Below, piece by piece: positions 12,945 to 25,034 of a DNA stretch of 64,000 bases. The notes beneath the pieces were generated by a model that had not been told where the DNA came from, made no database searches, and saw nothing but the letters and a program-made list of their open reading frames with translations. A program made the position numbers and the translations under genes. Origin of the DNA: Pristiophorus japonicus (taxonomy: Eukaryota); the NCBI RefSeq assembly GCF_044704955.1, contig NC_091992.1, positions 45,136,001-45,200,000 on the forward strand. The letters run 5' to 3'. Each line of letters begins with the position of its first letter. The stretch's first letter is position 1.

Positions 12945-13295
12945 CATGTTGTACGATTAGTGTGAGATTACATGTAATACCTGAGTAGTGTGAGTGTACA
13001 TGTTGTACCCGATTATACATAAGTGACGTGAGAGTACACGTACACGAGTGGTATAAGAGTGTATATTGTACGAATGAAGTGAGAGTATATGTTGTACATC
13101 ATTATATGAATGGTGTGAGAATAAAAGAAAAAAGACTTGCATTTATATAGCATCTTTCATAACCTCAGAACGCCCAAAGTGTTTTACAGCCAATGAAATA
13201 CTTTTGAAGTGTAATGTACATGAGTGGTGTAAGGGTGCATGTTGTACAAATGGTGTGAGAGTACGTAACTTGTACACATGTTGTGCGAGAGCATG
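12945..13295. repeat. Degenerate tandem repeat (approx. GTGTGAGAGTACATGTTGTACACGA), second patch at ~10411-10505
   Basis: Repeated GTGAGAGTACA/TGTACA motifs, interrupted by a short SINE tail at ~13125-13215. Confidence 0.6.
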
Positions 13296-13607
13296 CAACA
13301 AGGTGAGATACTTTTTAGCATTTTTTTCACCTATCTATGCGACATAGCAGCCCAGTGATAATGATTTCCCCTATTTGCTTGCGTGGAAATGACTGCCCTC
13401 TGCTCACAGCTGTAAATCCACATGTGTAGAACTTACATCCTATTGAGACAGGGCTGTAGTTAAGTTGGAATCTCAACTTCCTTGTTATTAGGTTTCGTTG
13501 GATTACTTTTGGGTTATAAAGTACTCAAATTTAAAGAGAGGAAGCATCATACTGACTTATCCATTGTCTGCAAACAACATCCTCTACCGATTATGTGCAT
13601 TGTAGGT

Positions 13608-14890
13608 GCCAGCCAGAGACACACAGGACATGAAGCGGGGCAGGGCCAGCCAGGACATGGAGCGGGGCAGGGCCCAGCTAGAGGCACACAGGACATGAAC
13701 CGGGGCAGGGCCAGCCAGGACATGGAGCGGGGCAGGGCCCAGCCAGAGACACACAGGACATGAAGCAGGGCAGGGCCCAGCCAGGACATGGAGCGGGGCA
13801 AGGCCCAGCCAGAGACACACAGGACATGAACCGGAGCAGGGCAGGGCCCAGCCAGAACATGGAGCGGGGCAGGGCCCAGCTAGGACATGGAGCGGGGCAG
13901 GGCCCAGCCAGGACATGGAGCAGTGCAGGGCCCAGCCAGGACATGGAGCAGGGCAGGGCCCAGCCAGGCCATGAACCGGGGCAGGGCCCAGCCAGGACAT
14001 GGAGCGGGGCAGGGCCCAGCCAGAGACACACAGGACATGAACCGGGGCAGGGCCCAGCCAGAGACACACAGGACATGAACCGGGGCAGGGCCCAGCCAGG
14101 ACATGGAGCGGGGCAGGGCCCAGCCAGAGACACACAGGACATGAACCGGGGCAGGGCCCAGCCAGGACATGGAGCAGGGCAGGGCCCAGCCAGAGACACA
14201 CGGGACATGGAGCGGGGCAGGGCCCAGCCAGGACATGGAGCGGGCCAGGGCCCAGCCAGAGACATACAGGACATGAACCGGGGCAGGGCCCAGCCAGGAC
14301 ATGGAGCAGGGCAGGGCCCAGCCAGAGACACACGGGACATGGAGCGGGGCAGGGCCCAGCCAGGACATGGAGCGGGGCAGGGCCCAGCCAGAGACACACA
14401 GGACATGAACCGGGGCAGGGCCCAGCCAGGACATGGAGCAGGGCAGTGCCCAGCCAGGACATGGAGCGGGGCAGGGCCCAGCCAGAGACACACGGGACAT
14501 GGAGCGGGGCAGGGCCCAGCCAGGACATGGAGCGGGGCAGGGCCCAGCCAGGACATGGAGCGGGGCAGGGCCCAGCCAGGACATGGAGCAGGGCAGGGCC
14601 CAGCCAGGACATGGAGCAGGGCAGGGCCCAGCCAGGACATGGAGCAGTGCAAGGCCCAGCCAGGACATGTAGCAGGGCAGGGCCCAGCCAGGTCATGGAG
14701 CAGGGCAGGGCCAGCCAGGACATGGAGCAGTGCAGGGCCCAGCCAGGACATGGAGCAGGGCAGGGCCCAGCCAGAGACACACAGGACATGGAGCGGGACA
14801 GGGCCCAGCCAGGACATGGAGCGGGGCAGGGCCCAGCCAGGACATGGAGCGGGGCAGGGCCCAGCCGGAGACACACAGGACAGTGTGCCC
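13608..14890. repeat. GC-rich minisatellite with interspersed 28-bp and 38-bp units
   Basis: Unit CAGCCAGGACATGGAGCGGGGCAGGGCC, and a longer variant with a GAGACACACA insert; roughly 40 units by length. Confidence 0.97.
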
Positions 14891-14905
14891 AGCCCCCATG
14901 GTATC

Positions 14906-17027
14906 AACAACAACTTGCATTTATATAGTAAAGCATCCTAACCTTTTTCACAGGAGCGTTATCAAACAAAATTTGACACCGAGCCAGATAAGGAGATATT
15001 AGGACAGACATCCAAAAAGCTTGGTCACAGAGGTTTTAATGAGTGTCTGAAGGAGGAGAGACATAGGCTGCTATTTCCCCTACCTCGGCAGGTCCGGTGT
15101 TGCCGAGGATGGTGGTGGGTCCTGACTTCACTATTGGCTCCAGCCCGCTGTGTAGAATGATTTTACATTGATTGGGCTTGTTAAGCCGGCCAATTGAAGG
15201 AAGTGGGCCTGATGACATCACTTGGATGATGCGTCATCCTTATAGGGACCATGCGCAAATTAATTTTGACAGTTATGCTGTCAATGTTCTACAGCATTGA
15301 GGTGCTGCAAACACTGACAAGCATTGCACAGAGGTGCACGGCTGCACCCAGTCTCTCCCATGACTCCCTCCATTTGCCTGTGGAGGGAGTCAGAGCACGC
15401 AGGGAGGTTCTCTTCTCTTCCAATGGGCAGGAGAGACCTCCCCAGGTCACCAGTGCAACCTGGTTGCACATTGTACAGGAGGGCACAAGCAGGGATGTCA
15501 TCAGGAGGACCAGGCTACAGTGGTGGAAACCTTTCAATGATCTCAGTAGATCACGAAAAATTACTGCAAAGCCACACTCAACCTTCATCCTATCACTCAT
15601 CACATCCCCATCTCTCTGCCTTCCCTACCTTACTCCTGCACATCCTTACTCACACCAACGTACTTTGCACCTCCACCCATTCCTCTCTATCTACATTATC
15701 ACTTCCCCATTTCACTAGCCACCCCTCACACTCACCCTTGTCCAATCATATCAACTAACAAACAAGAGTAGGCACTTGGCATCTTTTAGCCAATGTTCAT
15801 GTAAAGTTTCTGTTAATGTGTTGTCAAACATTGAAATCTTTATTTTCAACAATTTGCATTCTTGGACAAATTTGTGTGCACCTTTGGAAGTGGCTTAGTG
15901 AGTTGTAGTGAATGGTGAGACATAAGGGTAACCCCCCCGCAACACACAATGGTAATAAGTGTGAAAGGAATGGCTTGGGCATTGTAGAGATGCTTTATGG
16001 TGTTGGTGTGGGGTGGTGCCAACCAAGGTGTATAGCATCAAGTGAAGCAAATCTGGCCATGGTAAGGCCATCCCTGGCCTCCCAGGCAGCAATGTGGTCA
16101 GGTGCTGATGCCCTGTGCAGCATCAGTTGATTGCGGAGAAGGTTGGTGTTGTTGGTGCTGCTGGTGTGCCTGGTGTTGCTGGTGTTGGGGATGATCGTGG
16201 TGGGATTCTGAGGACCAAGGTGAGATAGTTTCAAGGGCACCGATGCTGATGTAATAGATGGCAGGTGAACTTGAGATGACAGAAGCGATCTGTCAATGGT
16301 GAATGAGGTGGCACTGGATACAGAGTTTACTCCAAACACTTGCAACCTGCATAAAGCTCAGTCTGTCTTCCAAATGCAGAAAGCAACAGCTTCTGAGCTT
16401 GGAAAGTGAACAGCTCTGAAATGGGAGCTTTTATAGCACATTTGCAGCTGTCAAGTAATGAGATGATTTCACGTTAACACAACTCCCGACGTCCTTACCT
16501 GATGTGATCACCGAGCAGCGTGAACCCCGTGGGTGACTTTGTAAAATGTAACGGTGAGCTCAAAATACTTTTGAAGTGACTGTTAACAAGGCCATAATGA
16601 TCGGAATTGCCTCCCGCACCACTGCCTGCCAGGTCTGTTCAGCGCTGACAGACCCCACACCTGGAAAAGGCGCGTGGCGGCAGATGACAGCAGGTTCCCG
16701 ACTTTGCTGGCAAAAAAACATTTCCCACCCGACCTGCCACCAAAAGCGCCAGCTGACCTCCTGAAAAATTCCCCCCATTGAGAGGTTTATGGAGGGAATC
16801 CAGAGCTTCAGACCCAGGCAGATGAAGGCACGGCTACCAATGGTGAAGTGATTTAAATTAGGGACGCGCCAGAATTGGAGAGCAGAGATCGTGACGGGTA
16901 GTGGGGCTGGAGGAGATTACAGAGATAGGGAGGGGTGAGGCCATGGAGGGATTTGAAAACAAGGATGAGAATTTCAAAATCAAGGCGATCCTGCACCGGG
17001 AGCCAATGTAGGTCAGCGAACACAGGG
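14906..17027 (-). mobile_element. L2 LINE 3' fragment interrupted by a Harbinger element
   Basis: (AAC)n TTGCATTTATATAG tail at 14906; HTPVFADLHWLPVQDRLDFEILILVFKSLHGLTPPYL at 16853-17030; bounded by a 23-bp direct repeat. Confidence 0.8.
15066..16776. mobile_element. Internally deleted PIF/Harbinger transposon
   Basis: Plus-strand Myb/SANT remnant (APSLSHDSL...VEGVRARREVLF...WLHIVQE...RRTRLQWWKPFNDL, ~15330-15560); convergent minus-strand remnant resembling a Harbinger transposase C-terminus (AAWEARDGLTMARF); TIR-like ends GGCTGCTATTTCC / GAAAAATTCCCCC. Confidence 0.7.
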
Positions 17028-18671
17028 GTGTGCCCAACCCCGATGGTATCGTATCCCAGCAGTGTGCCAGCCTCATGGAACCAAAACCTTGCAGCACTCT
17101 CTGCAGGACAAGAGAGGGGGAAATTAGCAGTAACATTTTGGAGTCTCATCACCCCAAAGTGATTGAACAGATTGCAGACTTAAAACAGATTTGGAGGTGA
17201 CCAGTGCATGTGTGCCCAGCACCATACAAACTCTCTCCCAATTTCCGGCACACTCATTAAATGAAAGTCAGATTATCACATAATAAACATGTAAAATGAG
17301 AAGCAGACCAGTAGTCTGGCTATAAAGTAAGGAAACAGGATACATAGCACACACCCTATAGGGCTAACCCCTCAGAGACTCCAACAGATAGAAGGTGAAC
17401 CACCAACCCGTTAGGCAAGTAAGATTTATTTTGTATTTTTACATCAGAAATCTGTACAGGTGCATGTGCATTAAATATAAATTCACAGCAATGACTTCTA
17501 CACTCACAAGGCACATCCTCACAAGAGAATCAGAAACAAGTTATGTACAACACCCTCGATAATTTAATTCAATATACATTGTTTACCAAGGCAAGAATTA
17601 ATGCAATTGTATTGAGTGTTTTTGAACTAGAGCTACAGCTCTGATCCCGAGATACAACATCAGGTGTCCCTCGATCCTTACTCACTGCACACTAGCAGCT
17701 CGATTTATCTCGTCTGACAGAATATATTTTAAACAGTGAATTGGTTATATACCTAAGAGGATATTTTCCAAGTAGTATAGCTTGCAGAAAATAAATTGAG
17801 TGGTGCCTACGACAGAACTAATAATGTCAGTCGCAATACAAGTGGTTTATCTTCTGCAAGCTATTACTCACTGACACAAACTGTGTGTTTAATTGTATTT
17901 AACAGACTTTGTGTCCATTGCTGTTTTCAGAAACACCTGTATTTAATTTTTGTTGGGACAGTAACAGTGATGGTATGTTCCACATTATCGTGTTCAAGAT
18001 GGGTTAATGTTAGCTGTTTCTAAAATGAATTTTGCAGTACACAAAACTAATTGAAAAGGTGCCAGTGATCTCCCATAGGTAATGCACTATTGTACGCTAT
18101 CATATAAAATACTCCACTCCTGTAGGAAGACTATATTTTATTTTACATCAGTGTCCAAACAATTTAAATTTGTAAGCTGGAAAGGTGTGAATGTGGAGTT
18201 GAGGGCCACATTTATAGGGTAAATCCATTAATCTGCACAGATTTCATTTTGTTGACACTAATAGATTTTGGTTCTGATTTAGGATTTATCCACCAATCAG
18301 GAACAGCAATTTTCAAACCTTCAGGCCTACAAAATTCAAACAGATAAACCAGGAAAAAAATATACATGCAAATAAAACTGAGTTTCTTGGACTTTGTGGG
18401 TTGGATAATGATGGCTTAGGGGGCTGGGGGGGGGGGGGGAGGTGGGTGTTTGGGAACTCCTGATAACATTTATATATTAAAAAAATGTCACATTCCTCTG
18501 TAGGTTCGCTTCACTGCTCCCAACCACACGCTCATTAGGGTTGGGAGAGGACCGTCTGTGAGCACAGCTACCTCATTCTCCACACAACAGCCTATCTGAT
18601 AACTTGAAAACCTAATCTAATGCAGGAAAAGCTGTTTGGATTAGTGTAAAATTTGCTGCATACATCCAGTG

Positions 18672-18838
18672 AGAAGATCGGGTTGGAATACAGCACTAGA
18701 ATCCAGTGAATGGATCAGGGTGGATTACAGTGCTAGAATCCAGTAGGTAGATTAGGATGGAATCCAGTGCTAGAATCCAGTGAATGGATCAGGGTGGAAT
18801 CCAATGCTAGAATTCAGTGATCAGATCAGGGTGGGATT
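18672..18838. repeat. ~37-bp tandem repeat, 4-5 degenerate copies
   Basis: CAGTGCTAGAATCCAGTGAATGGATCAGGGTGGAATC repeated. Confidence 0.85.
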
Positions 18839-19519
18839 TTTATGCTGGAAACTCCTGCTGGCTTTACTAATTTACTGGATAAAAATACAGTACCCCGAAA
18901 GGATCTTCTCCTCCTCACCTCCGAATAACCCCCCCCACCCCCCCGCCACCATTCCCAATTGGTCAATTTGACTTGCTTCGCTCTACTACTAATACTGCTC
19001 TGTAACCTCTGACAATAATGGCCGAGGTTTACTTTCCACCGCCCCCAATCTGCTTCCCTCCTCTGCTGAATGTGCTCATTCTTGCTGGGATAGGATTCCA
19101 CAAGGACTTGCAGCCCCTCTAGTACCTTGTCCTTCATATTAGAGCCCAGACAATGAGTTTTGGGAGGCTTTTCGATTGTGAAGCATATCACAGTCTTTAT
19201 TCACAAAGCCACTGTTTGTAATTCTAATTATTTATCCAATTCTAAAATTCCAAATTCTGTCCTCTTTACAACAGGGCACAATTTGGACCAGTCAAGGAAT
19301 ATACATTATAAATCTATCTCAGTCCAAAGACCATAAGCAATGACTTATCTCACTATGCAAGTAATGTTGCTATTGGGATGTATATAATACTATAGCGTTA
19401 CTGACTCAGATGAACTTTACACTTTAGTCAACGGTCTGCAGTCTACTTCAGGATAGACCGATACTAGCACCAACAGGAAGGGCAATTCAGCACCTTACTC
19501 TTACAGCACATGACTGCAG

Positions 19520-20362
19520 CCACAGTCTGCACAATAGTGCAGTGTGTCAGGACTGCAAAATGTGGGAATTTGTGAACAGTGAGACTGTCCCGGAAATGAC
19601 TCGAGTCACACTGGCTCACAGAGTTATTGAGCTGGAGCGCAAGGTAGAGACACTCTGACACATAAGGGAAGGGGCGAATATCTGGATAGTTTATTCCAGA
19701 CACAGTCACACCATGTAGAGATACAGGTACAGGAACAGGAGTGTGTGACTGATAGTCAGCAAGGTACGGGGAACTTAGTAGAGGCAGGGAAAGAGGAATC
19801 ACAGAATCTGGTCCTATCCTACAGGTACGATCCTCACAGGTAGCAAGTGTATGTAGCAAAAACAATTCAGCTATAATTTCCATATAGACTATAATTTCCA
19901 TAAACAGAACAGCTCAAGTCGTGAAGGCAGCAAATTTCTAGAGTGCATTCTGGACAGTTTTCTGAAACAAATGTTTTAGAATTGACATGGGAAATGACCA
20001 TACTAGATTTAGTGATGAGTAATGGTAGAAAGGTGATTTAATCGAGGTTTTTAAAATGACAAAATAATTCAATAGGATACAGAAAAACTATTTCCTCAGG
20101 TGGTGAGTCCAGAACAAGGGGGCACAATTTTAAAATTAGGAAGGGCTTTTTCATACAAAAAGTAGTTGAAATCTAGAACAATCTCCCCTGTAAGGTTGGG
20201 GATGCTGGGTCAATTAAAATTTTCAAGACTGAGAAATACGTTGGTAAGGGTATCAAGGGATATGGAACAAACACAGGTAAATGGAATTGAGGTACAGATC
20301 AGCCATGATCTGATTGAATGCTGCAACAGGCTTGAGGTGCTGAATGGCCTACTCCTGGTCCA
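19520..20362 (+). mobile_element. Old, heavily deleted CR1 retaining ORF1 N-terminus, an endonuclease scrap and the 3' end
   Basis: VCQDCKMWEF (ORF1 zinc-finger-like) and RVIELE...TL; FLECILDSFLKQ; 3' end GCCATGATCTGATTGAATG...AATGGCCTACTCCTG. Confidence 0.6.
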
Positions 20363-20495
20363 AGTAAATGGATGCACGAAAGTCAAACATTGCACCACAA
20401 CCATCATTTATACTTGTTTGTCAGAATTTCTCATTTTCTAATGGCTCGAGCAGTACCCAAGTCTTAGAATTGAAGCTTTAAGTGTTTCTGTAGCA

Positions 20496-22952
20496 GAAAC
20501 ATAGAAAATAGGTGCAGGAGTAGGCCATTCGGTCCTTCGAGCCTGCCCTGTACAACTGTAGTAACACATCCCTGTCCCTGTACTCAAATCTCCTCGCTAT
20601 GAAGGCCAGCATGCCATTTGCCTTCATATGTACCATGACACCCAGGTATCGTTGCACCTCCCCTTTTCCTAATCTGTCACCATTCAGATAATAGTCTGTC
20701 TCTCTGTTTTTACAACCAAAGTGGATAACCTCACATTTATCTACATTATACTTCATCTGCCATGCATTTGCCCACTCACCTAACCTATCCAAGTCGCTCT
20801 GCAGCCTCATAGCATCCTCCTCGCAGCTCACACTGCCACCCAACTTAGTGTCATCCGCAAATTTGGAGATACTACATTTAATCCCCTCATCTAAATCATT
20901 AATGTACAATGTAAACAGCTGGGGCCCCAGCACAGAACCTTGCGGTAGCCCCACTAGTCACTGCCTGCCATTCTGAAAAGTACCCATTTACTCCTACTCT
21001 TTGCTTCCTGTCTGCCAACGAGTTCTCAATCCACATCAGTACACTAGCCCCAATCTCATGTGCTTTAACTTTGCACATTAATCTCTTGTGTGGGACCTTG
21101 TCGAAAGCCTTCTGAAAGTCCAAATACACCACATCAACTGGTTCTCCCTTGTCCACTCTACTGGAAACATCCTCAAAAAATTCCAGAAGATTTGTCAAGC
21201 ATGATTTCCCTTTCACAAATCCATGCTGACTTGGACCTATCGTGTCACCTCTTTCAAAATGCGCTGCTATGACATTCTTAATAATTGATTCCATCATTTT
21301 ACCCACTACCGATGTCAGGCTGACCGGTCTATAATTCCCTGATTTCTCTCTCCCTCCTTTTTTAAAAAGTGGGGTTACATTGGCTACCCTCCACTCCATA
21401 GGAACTGATCCAGAGTCTATGGAATGTTGGAAAATGACTGTCAATGCATCCGCTATTTCCAAGGCCAACTCCTTAAGTATTCTGGGATGCAGACCATCAG
21501 GCCCTGGGGATTTATCGGCCTTCAATCCCATCAATTTCCCCAACACAATTTCCCGACTAATAAGGACTTCCCTCAGTTCCTCCTTCTTACTAGACCCTCT
21601 GACCCCTTTTATATCCGGAAGGTTGTTAGTGTCCTCCTTAGTGAATACCGGACCAAAGTACTTGTTCAATTGGTCTGCCATTTCTTTGTTCCCAGTTATG
21701 ACTTCCCCTGATTCTGACTGCAGGGGACCTACGTTTGTCTTTACTAACCTTTTTCCCTTTACATATCTATCGAAGCTTTTGCAGTCCATTTTAATGTTCC
21801 CTGCAAGCTTCCTCTCGTACTCTATTTTCCCTGCCCTAATCAAACCCTTTGTCCTCCTCTGCTGAGTTCTAAATTTCTCCCAGTCCCCGGGTTCGCTGCT
21901 ATTTCTGGCCAATTTGTATGCCACATCCTTGGCTTTAATACTATCCCTGATTTCCCTTGGTAGCCACGGTTGAGCCACATTCTCTTTTTTATTTTTACGC
22001 CAGACAGGGATGTACAATTGTTATAGTTCATCCATGCGGTCTCTAAATGTCTACCATTGTCCATCCACTGTCAATCCCTTAAGTATCATTCGCCAATCTA
22101 TCCTAGCCAATTCACGCCTCATACCTTCAAAGTTACCCTTCTTTAAGTTCTGGACCATGGTCTCTGAATTAACTGTTTCCTTCTCCATCCTAATGTAGAA
22201 TTCCACCATATTATGGTCACTCTTCCCCAAGGGGCCTCGCACAACGAGATTGCTAATTAATCCTCTCTCATTTCACAATACCCAGTCTAAGATGGCCTCT
22301 CCCTTAGTTGGTTCCACGACATATTGGTCTAGAAAACCATCCCTTATGCATTCCAGGAAATCCTCCTCCACCGTATTGTTTCCAGTTTGGTTAGCCCAAT
22401 CTATATGCATATTAAAGTCACCCATGATAACTGCTGCACCTTTATTGCATGCACCCCTAATTTCCTGTTTGATGCCCTCCCCAACATCACTACTACTCTT
22501 TGGAGGTCTGCACACAACTCCCACTAGCATTTTCTGCCCTTTGGTATTCCGTAGCTCCACCCATACCGATTCTATATCATCCAAGCTAATGTCTTTCCTT
22601 ACAATTGCATTAATTTCCTCTTTAACCAGCAACGCCACCCCGCCTCCTTTTCCTTTCTGTCTATCTTTCCTAAATGTTAAATACCCTTGCATGTTGAGTT
22701 CCCAGCCTAGTTCATCCTGGAGCCATGTCTCTGTGATGCCTACCACATCGTATCCCTTAACTGCTATCTGCACAGTTAATTCATCCACCTTATTCCGAAT
22801 ATTCCTCGCTTGCCTTTTTAATACACTTTGACCCTTTAGAATTTTGCTGTAAAGTGGCCCTTTTTGTTTTTTGCCTTGGGTTTCTCTGCCTTCCCCTTTT
22901 ACTCATCTCCTTTCTGTCTTTTGCTTCTGTCTCCATTTTGCTTCCCTCTGTC
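20496..22952 (-). mobile_element. CR1 family A copy 1 (APE endonuclease + RT, deletions near 3' end)
   Basis: ORFs 22273-22788 (GITETW, GGGVALLVK, IMGDFN), 22051-22242 (GKSDH), 20899-22017 and 20478-20954 (RT, KFADD). Confidence 0.95.
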
Positions 22953-25034
22953 ATAAGAACATAAGAACATAAGAATTAGGAACAGGAGTAGGCCATCTAG
23001 CCCCGCGAGCCTGCTCCGCCATTCAACAAGATCATGGCTGATCTGGCCGTGGACTCAGCTCCACTTACCCGCCCGCTCCCCATAACCCTTAATTCCCATA
23101 TTGGTTAAAAATCTATCTATCTGTGATTTGAATACATTCAATGAGCTAGCCTCAACTGCTTCCTTGGGCAGAGAATTCCACAGATTCACAACCCTCTGGG
23201 AGAAGAAATTCCTTCTCAACTCGGTTTTAAATTGGCTCCCCCGTATTTTGAGGCTGTGCCCCCTAGTCCTAGTCTCCCCGACCAGTGGAAACAACCTCTC
23301 TGCCTCTATCTTCTCTATCCCTTTCATTATTTTAAATGTTTCTATTAGATCACCCCTCATCCTTCTGAACTCCAACGAGTAAAGACCCAGTCGACTCAAT
23401 CTATCATCATAAGGTAACCCCCTCATCTCCGGAATCAGCCTAGTGAATCGTCTCTGTATCCCCTCCAAAGCTAGTATATCCTTCCTTAAGAAAGGTGACC
23501 AAAACTGCATGCAATACTCCAGGTGTGGCCTCACCAATACCCTGTACAGTTGCAGCAGGACCTCCCTGCTTTTGTACTCCATCCCTCTCGCAATGAAGGC
23601 CAACATTCCATTCGCCTTCCTGATTACCTGCTGCACCTGCAAACTAACTTTTTGGGATTCATGCACAAGAACCCCCAGGTCCCTCTGCACCGCAGCATGT
23701 TGTAATTTCTCCCCATTCAAATAATATTCCCTTTTACTGTTTTTTTTCCCAAGGTGGATGACCTCACATTTTCCGACATTCTTTTTATTCCATCTGCCAA
23801 ACCTTAGCCTATTCGCTTAACCTATCTAAATCTCTTTGCAGCCTCTCTGTGTCCTCTACACAACCCGCTTTCCCACTAATCTTTGTGTCATCTGCAAATT
23901 TTGTTACACTACACTCTGTCCCCTCTTCCAGGTCATCTATGTATATTGTAAACAGTTGTGGTCCCAGCACCGATCCCTGTGGCACACCACTAACCACGAT
24001 TTCCAACCCAAAAAGGACCCATTTATCCCGACTCTCTGCTTTCTGTTAGCTAGCCAATTCTCTATCCATGCTAATACATTTCCTCTGACTCCGTGTACCT
24101 TTATCTTCTGCAGTAACCTTTTGTGTGGCACCTTATCGAATGCCTTTTGTAAATCTAAATACACACATCCATCGGTACACCTCTATCCACCATGCTCATT
24201 ATATCCTCAAAGAATTCCAGTAAACTAGTTAAACATGATTTCCCCTTCATGAATCCATGAAGCGTCAGCTTGATTGCACTATTCCTGTCTAGATGTCCCG
24301 CTATTTCTTCCTTAATGATAGCTTCAAGCATTTCCCCCACTACAGATGTTAAACTAACTGGCCTATACTTACCTGCCTTTTGTCTGCCCCCTTTTTTAAA
24401 CAGAGGCGTTACATTAGCTGCTTTCGAATTCGCTGGTACCTCCACAGAGTCCAGAGAATTTTGGTTGATTATAACGAATACATCTGCTATAACTTCAGCC
24501 ATCTCTTTTAATACCCGAGGATGCATTTCATCAGGATCAGGGGACTTGTCTACCTTGAGTCCCATTAGCCTGTCCAGCACTACCCCGCTAATGATAGTGA
24601 TTATCTCAAGGTCCTCCCTTCCCACATTCCCATGACCAGCAATTTTTGGCATGGTTTTTGTGTCTTCCACTGTGAAGACCGAAGCAAAATAATTGTTTAA
24701 GGTCTCAGCCATTTCCACATTTCCCATTATTAAATCCCCCTTCTCATCTTCTAAGGGACCAACATTTAATTTAGTCACTCTTTTCCGTTTTATATATCGG
24801 TAAAAGCTTTTACTATCTGTTTTTATGTTTTGCGCAAGTTTACTTTCATAATCTATCTTTCCTTTCTTTATTGCTTTCTTAGTCATTCTTTGCTATCGTT
24901 TAAAATTTTCCCAATCTGCTAGTTTCCCACTAACCTTGGCCATCTTATACGCATTGGTTTTTAATTTGATACTCTCCTTTATTTCCTTGGTTATCCACGC
25001 TGGTTATCCCTTCTCTTACCGCCCTTCTTTTTCA
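22953..25034 (-). mobile_element. CR1 family B, 3' half (RT; TTCTTATG tail)
   Basis: (CATAAGAA)n tail at 22952-22975; RT ORF pieces 24155-24886, 23937-24164, 23809-24006, 23055-23720. Confidence 0.93.

Noticed and set aside
13608-14890. CRISPR-like array
   Set aside because: No unique spacers, no cas genes, vertebrate context; it is a head-to-tail tandem repeat.
13482-15002. Long ORFs (430, 411, 393 aa) on both strands
   Set aside because: Products of a stop-free minisatellite with 28/38-bp units (not multiples of 3); no domain, promoter or splice evidence.
18826-19191. 121-aa minus-strand ORF, faintly like a Harbinger Myb remnant (LQVLVE..., EHIQQRR...GG)
   Set aside because: Similarity too weak to call; no clear start or splice support.
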